A DNA stretch of 63,798 nucleotides, filler included, from Octopus bimaculoides (Eukaryota), in NCBI RefSeq assembly GCF_001194135.2. It is 5 parts of 4 records of this genome, joined end to end, with 100 filler letters (N's around TTAATTAATTAA, not from the genome) between each part and the next. Parts side by side here need not be neighbours in the genome. Positions count along the whole stretch, not along the records: positions 7,156 to 14,565 come from NC_068989.1; positions 14,666 to 19,014 come from NC_068996.1; positions 19,115 to 48,775 come from NC_068986.1; 2 more parts are not named here. One strand, written 5' to 3'. How positions within the stretch are numbered: the stretch's first letter is position 1; each line of letters begins with the position of its first letter. Shown one piece after another: positions 12,338 to 25,041 of this stretch. A program made the position numbers and the translations under genes. The notes below the pieces were generated by a model, which saw only the letters and a list, made by a program, of their open reading frames with translations, was not told the origin of the DNA and searched no databases.

Positions 12338-13220
12338 NNNNNNNNNNNNNNNNNNNNNNNNNNNNNNNNNNNNNNNNNNNNNNNNNNNNNNNNNNNNNNN
12401 NNNNNNNNNNNNNNNNNNNNNNNNNNNNNNNNNNNNNNNNNNNNNNNNNNNNNNNNNNNNNNNNNNNNNNNNNNNNNNNNNNNNNNNNNNNNNNNNNNNN
12501 NNNNNNNNNNNNNNNNNNNNNNNNNNNNNNNNNNNNNNNNNNNNTGGCCACAGTCAAAAATGATTGAAACAAGTAAAAGAGTAAGAGTAAGTCGATTACA
12601 TCGACCCTAGTGCGTAACTGGTACTTATTTAATCGACCCCGAAAGGATGAAAAGCAAAGTTGACCGTAACGTAATTTGAACTCGGAACGTAGAGATGGAC
12701 GAAATGCCGTTAAGCCTTTTTCCCAGCTTGCTAACGAGTCCACCAGCTATTTCAAATTTTGCCACAAGAGCAGCAATTGGGAAGGGAATATGTCGATTAC
12801 ATCGACTCCGGTATCCAACTGGTACTTATTTAATCGACCTCGAAAGGATGAAAGGTAAAGTCGACCTCGGCGGAATTATAACAATGGTAATATTTTCTAC
12901 TATAGGCACAAAGGCCGAAAATTGCGGGGAGGGACGTAGTCGATTACATCGACCCCAGTGTTTCATTGGCACTTAATTTATCGATCCCGAAAGGAGGAAA
13001 GGCAAAGTCGACTTCAGCAGAATTTGAACTCAGAACGTAAGCTTGTGCCGCTACAAACTCAAAGAAACGCGCGCACACACACATGCGACCGTTCATTTGT
13101 CGTCTGCCAAATAAACTCATAAGGCTTTGGTTAACTCGAGGCTATAGTACAAGACACTCGCATAAGGTGCTGTGCAGTGGGACTGAACCCAAGATGACAT
13201 GGTTGGAAAGCTTGCGCCTA
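12142..13220. mobile_element. SINE cluster: family A (+, 12142-12600), three stacked family B fragments (-, 12585-13040), family A (-, 13040-13220)
   Basis: Repeated gtcgattacatcgacc..ctggtacttatttaatcgacc.cgaaaggatgaaa blocks. Confidence 0.8.
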
Positions 13221-14076
13221 TAGTTCGCTGTATAAATCCTTTTATCTCTATGTACTTAATTATAGCTCAAGCGCTTTAGTTACCATCCATCCTTCTCTTT
13301 CGGTTCGCCTATCCCAGATACTCTCTTCTCCCATTCAACATTTAATAGTATTTTTTTAAAATGGTCTTTATTTTCTTAATCTGTATTTAGGGAACCCCTG
13401 TTTTCAAAGTGTTTCCCCCCATTTTCAACTATTTCCAACAACTAGATCTAATGCTATATTTGTTCGATAAGCTCGCATTGAGCGAAACATATGACCGTCT
13501 GTAATGGATCCTTTTTATATTTATTTGATGTAATATATGAAAATATTCTCACTGACTAACCCTGTTCTGAGTCCTTTAATTGATAGTGGCTGCTTTTTAA
13601 TTGATAGTAACTTGTCTTCAAAATATCATCTGCCTCTTTTTGTGGAGCACTTTAAGATCCATTACAATTTAATGTAAAAAAAAGAAAAGGAAATTAAATT
13701 TCCTACGAAAACAACCTTATACCAAGAAGCAAAACCTCTTTATAATTATGATACAAAAACAGAAAATTCTATCAAGAAACTGAGATGGGGAACACATTCT
13801 TCTAACAGACGCTGACGGCTCTATTTACTTTGGATTTAAATCCATCCGATACCTTCCTCCGAACAAGCTTCGCCAACCCTAGGAAGGCGAAATATTTCTA
13901 TTTACCAAAACTTGAATTTTGTGAAAATTAAGTATGAGTTCCAAGACAAACGAAAACTTAGACTTCATCAACAACTTTAAACAGATTTTTACCCAATTGA
14001 ACAAGACAAAGAATTTGTAGGCAGTGAACGAAAACACCTACCGTAGACATATTGCAAACAATATTGCTAACTTCTG

Positions 14077-14510
14077 AAGGCGGCGAGCTGGCAGAAAGGT
14101 TAGCACGCTAGGCGATATGTCTATCGGTATTTCGTCTGCCGTTACGATCTAAGTTCAAATTCCGCCGAGGTCGACTTTGCTTTTCATCCTTTCGGGGTCG
14201 ATAAATTAAGAACCAGTTACGCACTGCGGTCAATGAAATCGACTTAACTCCCTTGCTTGCCCCCTCTATATTTAGCCCCTTGTGGGCAATAAAGAAATAA
14301 GAATCGTTAGCACGCCGAGCGAAGTGTTTGGCAATATTTCATCCGTCTTTACGTTCTGAGTTCAAATTCTGCCGAGGTCAACTTTGCCTTTCTTCCATTC
14401 GGTGTTGGTAAATTAAATACCAGTTGCGTACTGGGGTCGATCTAATCGACTGGCCCCCTCCCCCAAAAAAATTTCGAGCTTTGTGCCTAGAGTAGAAAAG
14501 TATATTGCTA
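14077..14510 (+). mobile_element. Two tandem SINE family B copies
   Basis: aaggcggcgagctggcagaa..gttagcacg..gagttcaaatt.cgccgaggtc.actttgc occurs twice. Confidence 0.85.
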
Positions 14511-14799
14511 ATTCCTGGGGGAAGAAAACTGCTGACAATATGACAGAAGATATTAATAGACATGCNNNNNNNNNNNNNNNNNNNNNNNNNNNNNNNNNNN
14601 NNNNNNNNNTTAATTAATTAANNNNNNNNNNNNNNNNNNNNNNNNNNNNNNNNNNNNNNNNNNNNTATATATATATATATATATATATTAAATACACAAA
14701 CATGTACACACATATGCACACACAGACGATTACACAAACAGACGCACTCATATGTATATATTGAAATATATCGTATTTTGGCATAGCATAGATTATATA

Positions 14800-15547
14800 T
14801 ATATACCAACAGCTTCTTTCCGTTTCTGTCTACCAAATCCACTCGCAAGTCTTTCGTCCGCCCAAGGCTGTAGTAGAAGACACTCGATCAAAGTGCCACT
14901 GTGTGGGACTGAACCTGGAACCATGTGGTTGGGAAGCAAGCTTCTCACTTGATAACCCGCATGAAAGAGTTGGGTGATACGTTGATATAAACATATTCAA
15001 GTATACGTATACCTGTCAGCTTTTATAACATGTATACATTTGTATATGCATATACGTGTATATATATGCATCAGTGTGTGTGTGTGCGGTGTGTGTGTGT
15101 ATACAGATATATATATATATATATATAGAGTGTGTGTGTTTGTGTATATATATGCTTATATGTATATATAGATATGAATATATATATATATATATATANN
15201 NNNNNNNNNNNNNNNNNNNNNNNNNNNNNNNNNNNNNNNNNNNNNNNNNNNNNNNNNNNNNNNNNNNNNNNNNNNNNNNNNNNNNNNNNNNNNNNNNNNN
15301 NNNNNNNNNNNNNNNNNNNNNNNNNNNNNNNNNNNNNNNNNNNNNNNNNNNNNNNNNNNNNNNNNNNNNNNNNNNNNNNNNNNNNNNNNNNNNNNNNNNN
15401 NNNNNNNNNNNNNNNNNNNNNNNNNNNNNNNNNNNNNNNNNNNNNNNNNNNNNNNNNNNNNNNNNNNNNNNNNNNNNNNNNNNNNNNNNNNNNNNNNNNN
15501 NNNNNNNNNNNNNNNNNNNNNNNNNNNNNNNNNNNNNNNNNNNNNNN

Positions 15548-15578
<31 letters not shown>

Positions 15579-16680
15579 CACATACACACATATATACATA
15601 CACACATATATACATATATATATAAACATACATATACGTATATATAAAATATATACATACATACATGCATATATATATGTATATATTTTACATTTTACAT
15701 GCCACAGACATAAAATTTGCAGCACCGTTGGGGCACCGCCTTAAAGAATTTTCAGTGAAATGCATCGATCCCATAACTTACTTTTTATATGCCTGGTACT
15801 CAATCGGTCATTTTGCCGAACCGCTAGGTTGACGGAGTCGTTGACACCGCAGGCTTTGAAGCGGATCTACGGGACAAGCACAGACAGAAGGACGCGCGCG
15901 CGCACACACACACATGTGCACACACACACACATGTGCACACACACACATAATACGTCGGGCTTCTTTCAGTTTCCCTCTACCAAATCCATTCACAAGTCT
16001 TTGGTCGGCCCGAGGCTATATTAGAAAATACTTATGATGGGGAAATAAGCTCCTTACCACACAGACACGCCTGCGCCTCAATGTATTTATAAGATTACAC
16101 CTTATATAATATATATATATACATACATTTGTATGCATATATATCCGGGAGTTGTTGCGTGGTAAAGAGCTGGCTTTCCACGCAACAACTCTCGGATATA
16201 TGCGTATTGCTCCGGGTTCACTTTGGTCACGTGTCTTTTACTACTATCTGGGGCCGACCAAAGTAAGTGGATTTGGTTGGCAGATACTGAAAGTAGACCA
16301 TCGTATATACATACATACACACATACATACATACACACACATACATACATACACACATACACACACGCGCATACACTGATACATACACACATACACACAT
16401 ACACACACATATGAACTTTGAAAACAGAGAGGTCTAATGGATACAAATAGACTTATTATATATATTGCATGTGTGCGGTTTTGTTTTTGTACCTCACCAT
16501 GACGATCCCTTGACAACCGGTGTTGAAGCGTTTACGTTCTCGTAACCTAGCGGTTCGGCACAAACGATAGTAAAATACGTACCAGAGTTTTTTTTTTAAA
16601 TGATTACTGGAGTTAATTCATTGAATTAAAAATGCTCCATGGCAGTGCTCCAGCATGGCTGTAGTTTAATGACTGAAACA
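14800..16680. mobile_element. SINE family A copies (14800-14950 -, 15720-16075 -, 16148-16680 +) among (TA/CA/TACA)n tracts
   Basis: Family A consensus blocks in both orientations. Confidence 0.75.
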
Positions 16681-16740
16681 AGTATAGAAGAATGAAATTA
16701 TATATATATATAGAATTATAATTACGAGTATCTAAGTGAT

Positions 16741-16829
16741 ACCAAGCATGCTAGATATAGCAGCCAAAACTTACCACATTAAATGTGGTTTAGAGTAAGG
16801 TTTTGGCTGCTATATCTAGTATGGTTGGT
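16741..16829. repeat. Short inverted repeat (about 33-bp arms)
   Basis: accaagcatgctagatatagcagccaaaactta ... taaggttttggctgctatatctagtatggttggt. Confidence 0.7.
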
Positions 16830-18082
16830 ACCTCTCCGATCCCCTTAATTATAATTTTGATAATAATTTTTGCCTTTGAGGTTTTTGTTCCCATGCTGGC
16901 CACCTGATAAGATCGGTATTTTAAACAACGATCATATCCTTATTTATATAAATTTATATATATATATATATATATATGTACGTATATATATATATCTGGT
17001 CGGCCCGAGGCTATAGAGAAGACGCTTACCCAAGGTGCCACGCAGTGGGACTGAACCCGGAACGACGTGGTTGGGAAGCAAGCTTCTTACCACAGAGCCA
17101 CTCAATATATTCCTGCTACATTCGCGTACTATGAACATATGTGTAAAAATAAAAGGCACACTCACATACAGTCACACACATACGCAATTACAGACACCTT
17201 ACAGGGACACATAAATTATTAGGAGTGGCTGTGTGGTAAGTAGCTTGCTTACCAACCACATGGTCCCGGGTTCAGTCCCACTGCGTGGCATCTTGGGCAA
17301 GTGTCTTCTNNNNNNNNNNNNNNNNNNNNNNNNNNNNNNNNNNNNNNNNNNNNNNNNNNNNNNNNNNNNNNNNNNNNNNNNNNNNNNNNNNNNNNNNNNN
17401 NNNNNNNNNNNNNNNNNNNNNNNNNNNNNNNNNNNNNNNNNNNNNNNNNNNNNNNNNNNNNNNNNNNNNNNNNNNNNNNNNNNNNNNNNNNNNNNNNNNN
17501 NNNNNNNNNNNNNNNNNNNNNNNNNNNNNNNNNNNNNNNNNNNNNNNNNNNNNNNNNNNNNNNNNNNNNNNNNNNNNNNNNNNNNNNNNNNNNNNNNNNN
17601 NNNNNNNNNNNNNNNNNNNNNNNNNNNNNNNNNNNNNNNNNNNNNNNNNNNNNNNNNNNNNNNNNNNNNNNNNNNNNNNNNNNNNNNNNNNNNNNNNNNN
17701 NNNNNNNNNNNNNNNNNNNNNNNNNNNNNNNNNNNNNNNNNNNNNNNNNNNNTATATATATATATATATATATATGTACATTTTTTTTGTACGTATACAG
17801 TAATATTTTTTTATATAATGTATATTCGCAAGGGTATGTAGATATATATTTATACATACATAGGTGAGTGCCTGTGTTACGTGTGTGTGTCTGTGTTTTG
17901 TAGATAATATATGGTGTGGTGAGGGTGGGAGCTAAGTACTTCGCTTAGATTTCGAGAAAACGACACCGCAGCACGCACATACGCAGGTACACAGACTTAC
18001 ACACTCACAAACACAAATGCATATGAACTCGCACACATGCATACATTTACAAAGAGATATAAGTACCCAAACGTCTTACCTA

Positions 18083-18123
<41 letters not shown>

Positions 18124-18460
18124 TCGTATACACATACATCAATATATTCCTGCTACATTCGCGTACTATGAACATATGTGTAAAAATAAAAGGCACACTC
18201 ACATACAGTCACACACATACGCAATTACAGACACCTTACAGGGACACATAAAATTGTGAGAATACATGTATGTGTGTGTAATAATGTACATATGTCTACA
18301 CACACACGCGCACGCACACGCACGCACGCATACAAACACACACACTCACACACACACACATATATATATATATATCTTTATATATGCATATGTATATATA
18401 TGTATGTATACACATACATACATATATGTGTATGTGTGCATATATATGTGTATATATATT

Positions 18461-18620
18461 AAGGCGCAGGAGTGGCTCTGTGGTAAGAAGCTTGCTTCCC
18501 AACCACGTGGTTCCGGGTTCAGTCCCACTGCGTGGCACCTTGGGCAAGCGTCTTCTCTATAGCCTCGGGCCGACCAGATCCTTTTCAGTGGATTTGGTAG
18601 AAACTGAAAGAAGTCCGTCT

Positions 18621-18625
<5 letters not shown>
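18461..18625 (+). mobile_element. SINE family A
   Basis: Full head aaggcgcaggagtggctctgtggtaagaagc... Confidence 0.85.
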
Positions 18626-18654
<29 letters not shown>

Positions 18655-19234
18655 AAACTATATGTGCATACCGAGAAGTTATGAGAATTTAATAATAACA
18701 TGTAGAAAAAAATGTTATATTTTCATGTATTTGTCAAGGAACTCTCATGTAGAATTTTTTTTTGTTTTTATGTATGCAGCATTAGATTTTTGTCTTTTGT
18801 GGAATTATCTCAACCAAATCATTGTTTCTATTTTGCCTTTAAACATATTATGTATCTCCAATGGACAATTTTGCGATAAAGGAAGCATCTAAACCATACA
18901 CATCTAATTAAACTTAAAGTAGCTCCCAGAAAAATATATACATGCATATTCTGTAGCTGTTTTCCTTTGTATTTCACAATCTATCATATATATATATTAT
19001 ATATATATATATATNNNNNNNNNNNNNNNNNNNNNNNNNNNNNNNNNNNNNNNNNNNNTTAATTAATTAANNNNNNNNNNNNNNNNNNNNNNNNNNNNNN
19101 NNNNNNNNNNNNNNGCATCCAGCTTCATGTTTTTCTAATTTATTGTTTTTTTTATCTTACATTCAGCATTATGTTATACACACACACACTAATGTGTACA
19201 TGCATTCAACATCATGTTATATATATATATATAT

Positions 19235-19470
19235 ACACATGGCCATTGCCAGTACCGCCTGACTGGCCTTCGTGCCAGTGGCATGTAAAAGCACCCACTA
19301 CACTCTCGGAGTGGTTGGCGTTAGGAAGGGCATCCAGCTGTAGAAACTCTGCCAAATCAGACTGGAGCCTGGTGTTGCCATCCGGTTTCACCAGTCCTCA
19401 GTCAAATCGTCCAACCCATGCTAGCATGGAAAGCGGACGTTAAACGATGATGATGATGATGATGATGATA
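19235..19470 (+). mobile_element. RTE LINE 3' UTR fragment ending in (GAT)n
   Basis: aaagcacccactacactctcggagtggttggcgttaggaagggcatccagctgtagaaac...catggaaagcggacgttaaacgatgatgat. Related copies at 25055-25225, 38385-38540, 49120-49365 and 46660-46820 (-). Confidence 0.8.
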
Positions 19471-19708
19471 ACTATGAGTTATGTATTTGATCTACAGGCA
19501 TTCATCTTTGTCTCATATTGCAGTACAAAATAACCAATATACATCTTATGTTGCGCAACATATATAGTTGTGTGGCATACATACAGGTGTTTATCTAGAC
19601 ATCAATGTATGTATCTCTCTCTCTCTCTCTCTCTCTCCTTCTCCAAATGTAGTTGTGATGTAGCATGCAATCATAGCCATATGTCCTTTTATATTTTATA
19701 AGAAAACA

Positions 19709-20306
19709 ATTTCACACTACAGTCCTCCGCTCTACCAACTGAGCTCCGACGACTGGCACCCATGCCAACCTCTCCTTTATTCGACACTAAACTCTGCTTG
19801 CGAAGACCTGTTGGAGCAAGTGAAATCGTAATTGAACCATACTCGATGACTGGTTACCGCGCCAGTGGAGCACTAACAGCACTGTCCGAGCGTGTTCATT
19901 GCCAGAGCAGCTGTCTGGCTTCCATGCTAGTGGCCCGTAAATAGCACCATTAGAGCGTAATCGTTACCAGCGTTGCCTCTAGCACTTGTGCTGGTGGCAT
20001 GCTAGAAAATCATTCGAGCGAGGTCGTTGCCAATGCCGCTGGACTGGCTCCCATGCAGGTGGCACGCACAAAACACCTTTTTGAGCATGGCCGTTGCCAG
20101 TACCGTGTGACTGGCCCTCGGTGGCATGTAAAAGCACTCACTACACTCTTGGAGCGGTTGGCGTTAGGAAGGGCATCCAGCTGTAGAAACTCTGCCAGAT
20201 CAGATTGGAGTCTGGTGCAGCCTTCTGGCTTGCCAGTCTTCAGTCAAATCATCCAACCCATGCTAGCATGGAAAGCAGACGTTAAACTATGATGATGATG
20301 ATGAAG
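19709..20306 (+). mobile_element. 5'-truncated RTE 3' end joined to an antisense tRNA-Tyr half, 9-bp TSD
   Basis: TSD aagaaaaca at 19700-19708 and 20307-20315; (GAT)n tail. Confidence 0.7.
19717..19745 (-). pseudogene. tRNA-Tyr(GTA) 5'-half fragment (positions 9-37)
   Basis: Minus strand AGCTCAGTTGGTAGAGCGGAGGACTGTAG matches the eukaryotic tRNA-Tyr D-arm and anticodon arm as recalled. No 3' half is present. Confidence 0.8.
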
Positions 20307-20379
20307 AAGAAAACATTCCTACGATCGAGCTTAGTCATATGCACTGTGGAGACAGTTATATGTCCAAATGGAGTTGTAT

Positions 20380-21026
20380 GTCCTAGCATAATTATATGTC
20401 ACATGTGGACATTATTCCATGTTCACAGGTAATGTCAGTGTGCATATACAACAGAGTGTGAAGGATTTGAGAGAAAAACTGGATATACGTAGCATCAGAT
20501 GTAGTGTGCAAGAGAGAAGACTGCACTGGTAAGGCTACATAATGCGTATGAATGAAGACAGTTATATCAAGAGCTGCCGATCTCTAATTGTAAAGCTAAC
20601 ATGAGGAAGGAGTAGACTCAGGAAGACATGGGACAGAGTGATGAGAAAGGATCTACAGACACTGGGGCTCACAGAGGGATGATGAGGGACCAAAACTCCT
20701 AGTGGTTTGCTGTGCTTGAAAACAACATGTCAAGCTAAGTAGAAGCATGGTTTCCCTCGCATACAGGCCTGTCCCCTGCAAACCCCTGCCACCTGAGTAT
20801 TTCTATTCTTGCAGGCTCATAGGTGCTGGTGCCACATAAAAAGCACCCAAGCTTGTGCTATGTAAAAGCACCAATGCATTCAGTAATGTGGTCGGCATTA
20901 GGAAGGGCCCCCAGCTGTACAAACCATACTAAAACAGACAGGGAGCTTGAACAGCCCTTCAGCTGGTCAGCTGGTCAGCTGCTGTCAAACCATCGAATCC
21001 AAGCCAGCATGGAAAATTGACATTAA

Positions 21027-21110
<84 letters not shown>
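20380..21110 (+). mobile_element. RTE LINE ORF2 C-terminal relic plus 3' UTR and long (GAT)n tail
   Basis: RRLHW*GYIMRMNEDSYIKSC..L.V...GRSRLRKTWDRVMRKDL..LGLT remnants, then the RTE 3' UTR. Confidence 0.8.
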
Positions 21111-21112
<2 letters not shown>

Positions 21113-21124
21113 ATGTATATATTT

Positions 21125-21420
21125 GTGAAGGTGTGTGGCCTAGTAGGGAGGATGTTACACTCACAATCTAGCAGTCGCAGGTTCAATTCCCAGACTGAGT
21201 GGCACATTGTGTTCTTGAGTAAAAATCACTTCATTTCACATTGCTCCAGTCCACTCGGCTGGAAATGGGTCCCCTTGCAATGGAATAACCTTCAGATCTT
21301 GGGTGGGAGTGTTGGCCTGCTCTCCTAGCCAGCAGGGAACATCTTTCGAAAAACTAAAAATGAGGCAAAGCGCATTGTGACCAGCAATGTTTAACAACAT
21401 CTAATAGTCTGGTCAGTCAC
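21125..21420 (+). mobile_element. Diverged SINE family C
   Basis: gtgtggcctagtagggagg..caggttcaattccca..gtgttcttgagtaaaaatcactt..cattgctccagtccactc. Confidence 0.65.
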
Positions 21421-21613
21421 ATGATATATATATTTACACACACACACACACACACACAATAACAATCATCCTACATTATATCGGTACAGCTCAATACAAC
21501 CCCAAGAACTGGTTAACCAGTCAACATCATTAGACTGTAGCTGGTATAATGGGATAGGAGCTGTATTTGTATATTCAAAATGTTTCCTGTAAACAAATTT
21601 AAAATATATATAT

Positions 21614-22008
21614 AGGTGCAGGAGTGGCTGTGTGGTAAGTAGCTTGCTTACCAGCCACATGGTTCCGGGTTCATTCCCACTGTGCGGCACCTTGGGCAAG
21701 TGTTTTCTACTATAGCCTCAGGCCGACCAAAGCCTTGTGAGTGGATTTGGCAGATGGAAGCTGAAAGAAGCCCGTCGTATATATGTATATATGTATGTAT
21801 GTGTGTTTGTGTGTCTGTGTTTGTCCCCCCGCTTGACAATCGATGCTGGTGTGTTTACGTCCCCGTAACTTAGCGGTTCGGCAAAAAGAGACCGATAGAA
21901 TAAGTACTAGGCTTACAAAGAATAAGTCCTGGGGTTGATTTGCTCAACTAAAGGTGGTGCCCCAGCATGGCTGCAGTCAAATGACTGAAACAAGTAAAAG
22001 AGTAAAGA

Positions 22009-22010
<2 letters not shown>
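21614..22010 (+). mobile_element. SINE family A, complete long form
   Basis: Head, central (TA/TG)n and 3' extension ending aaatgactgaaacaagtaaaagagtaaagagta. Confidence 0.9.
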
Positions 22011-22057
<47 letters not shown>

Positions 22058-22494
22058 TAGATAGATAGATATAGATATATGTATGTATATATAGACTCTG
22101 TGGAGAGGTCATGTGTAACTGCCTTACCACTTCTAACAAAGCTGGAAGAAAAGATGACCAGATTCTTGTTTATTTACAATGTTTTAAGTTAATCATTCAA
22201 TGTCTTGTAACTTCAAGATTTCTATGATGTAATTGTTTATTTTTAGAATGATACTGTAGGGTAGGTGTGAGAGGCCAGATCTGACCAGTTTGAACATAAA
22301 ATAGGTAGAATATTTGGGCCAGATACGACAAGTTTAAACACTAAAGGGTTAACAATAGTTGTGATCACAGATGCTATAACACTTTCCAGTGTTTATTATA
22401 CATCTTAAAAGCCATGTACAAGTGTTATGTAATCTGTGATAATCTGATAAGGTAATCTGCATTTTAGCTTTATATATCACATATTATTATTATT

Positions 22495-23052
22495 GAGTGA
22501 GAGAGCAGTGCATGCTATCAAAGTGGCACTGGGGTGAAATATACGAAGTCCAATATACCCATCATGACTACCCGTCTGATAAGGGTACACCAGGCACATG
22601 CATCACAACTATATGTACGCGTCATGGTGATCTCATATCAAGATAAACAGTGCATGACCTCGCAGGTGGGTCCCAGTTAGAATGTTCTTCAGGTCGAGTA
22701 GCCCATCCCACTCAAAAGGTCCCTGAATAAGGTTTGTTTAAGGATGTTGAGCAAAATACTCATGTTTCCAAAGGTGAATTATTCAAACCCAAAAGAATTC
22801 CTCTTAATACATGGCTATGATGCTCCCCCACTACTTCTGCTCATGATCAGAGATGCACATAACGTCAGCCACCAAGGGACATGCTCAACTGGTTATGGTC
22901 AAACAACTGACAAGCAAATCTGTGGTATTGAGCAGAATATTTGCTGTAGCCCATCTTTTATACCAAGACAAAACAATGTACATGATAACACTTCCAATCA
23001 ATTAAGATCAGAAACCATGAGAGTCACTGCCTGGTACTGCATCCGGGCATTT
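22495..23052 (-). mobile_element. About 560-600-bp non-coding interspersed repeat flanked by (TAA)n on both sides (copy 1 of 3)
   Basis: Reverse complement of 41344-41892 and 47940-48606 (aaatgccc.gatgcagta...gcactgctctctcactc). Confidence 0.85.
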
Positions 23053-23084
23053 ATCATTACTATTATTATAATTATTATTATAAT

Positions 23085-23195
23085 TATTATTATTATTATT
23101 ATTTTATGTTTGACTTTTGTTTTGCATTTGTACAAGTTGGATCCAAGTCTCACCCAGAGACCTCAAGAGACAAGTTAGAAGTTCATGTAGGTGTT
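23085..23195 (-). mobile_element. R4/Dong-like LINE 3' end with (TAA)n tail
   Basis: Exact reverse complement of 41231-41325. The Dong assignment is recalled, not shown directly by linkage to an ORF here. Confidence 0.6.
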
Positions 23196-24229
23196 NNNNN
23201 NNNNNNNNNNNNNNNNNNNNNNNNNNNNNNNNNNNNNNNNNNNNNNNNNNNNNNNNNNNNNNNNNNNNNNNNNNNNNNNNNNNNNNNNNNNNNNNNNNNN
23301 NNNNNNNNNNNNNNNNNNNNNNNNNNNNNNNNNNNNNNNNNNNNNNNNNNNNNNNNNNNNNNNNNNNNNNNNNNNNNNNNNNNNNNNNNNNNNNNNNNNN
23401 NNNNNNNNNNNNNNNNNNNNNNNNNNNNNNNNNNNNNNNNNNNNNNNNNNNNNNNNNNNNNNNNNNNNNNNNNNNNNNNNNNNNNNNNNNNNNNNNNNNN
23501 NNNNNNNNNNNNNNNNNNNNNNNNNNNNNNNNNNNNNNNNNNNNNNNNNNNNNNNNNNNNNNNNNNNNNNNNNNNNNNNNNNNNNNNNNNNNNNNNNNNN
23601 NNNNNNNNNNNNNNNNNNNNNNNNNNNNNNTTAATGTAGATTGCACTATGTGTGTGTGTATGCATGTATGGGTGTGTGATTACATATCATCATCATCATC
23701 ATCGTCATCAACATCTTTGTTTAACATCTGCCTTCTATGCTAGCATATCTATGTGTGTGTGTGTGTATCTGTGTCTGTGAGTGTGCATGCATGTGTGTCT
23801 ATGTGTGTGTGTGTGTGTGTCTGTGTATATGCATGTGCATGTATGCATGTATACATACATACATACATACATACACACACACATACATATATACATACAT
23901 ACATACTTACATACACACATACATACATACACACATACATACATACATACATACATACATACATACATACATACATGCATGCATGCATGCATGCATCTAC
24001 GTATATCAGGGACAGAAGCAGAAAGTAAGAGGTTTGCCAATGCTCAGAAGTGTAAGTTGTTCCAAATTGCTAAGCAGTGTTTGAGTGTGAATCAAGATAT
24101 TGTTAAGGAAACAGTAATAGAATAACGGTAAAGCACTGAACCTTCTGACACCAAGAAGAAAGAGACATGGAATTGTTACTAAGAGCAACTGCCAAATTGG
24201 AGAATGCATGAAGGAGAAAGAAGGAGGGA

Positions 24230-24274
<45 letters not shown>

Positions 24275-24880
24275 GCTATTGAATTTTACAGCTAATATGG
24301 TTGAAAGGGACAGTAAGGATATGGAGGTAAGGAAAGCGTTGGAATATCAGGGATTATTACTGAGATGCAGAATAAATCTGGTGAACTGAGGTGTACACCA
24401 GTCACTCACATATTTAGCATGTATGTAGGCATCCAAGGGGGGTCAGTTTTTGGCCTCTTCCTCTGTATTTTAGTTCTCCAGGCCATGACAGGAGTGTTCA
24501 AGACTTGCTGTCCTTGGGAAACTCCTGGCACTTATGACCAAATCACTGAAGGAATTAGAGAAGTTCCAAAATTGCAAACAGATCCTAGAATCAAGAAGTC
24601 TAAACATAAATCTAGCTAAGACAAAAATCTTAACAAAAACAAACATATATCTCAATAGTGTTCTGGGAAGTGGAAATGTCTAATATGTAGAAAAGTTGAG
24701 ATATATATAGGGATTATATATAGGTGTGGACATGGCTGTGTGGTAAGAAGCTTCCCAACCACATGGTTTTGGGTTCGGTCCCACTGTGTGGCACCTTGGG
24801 AAAGTGCTTTCTACTACAGCCTCAGGTTGACCAAAGCCTTGAGAGTGAATTTGGTAACTGAAAGAAGCCTATCATATATA

Positions 24881-25041
24881 CTGTATTTTAACATGTATAA
24901 GGAACCCCCTAATATTTTGGGTTTAAAATTTGGAAAAAAGGTTTTGTAAGGGATTATAATACTATCCATGTATAAGAAACTCTCATATTATTTTAACCTA
25001 ATTTTTGACAAAGAGGGTTCCTTATACATGTTAAAATATGG
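24881..25041. mobile_element. Tc1/mariner (pogo-like) MITE with TA TSD, inserted in the TA tract of a SINE A
   Basis: TA|ctgtattttaacatgtataaggaacccc ... gggttccttatacatgttaaaatatgg|TA. Confidence 0.8.

Noticed and set aside
23735-24125. HTYI/CMYV-repeat ORFs (also 16100-16500, 35000-35430, 58990-59530)
   Set aside because: (TACA)n/(CA)n tract translations.
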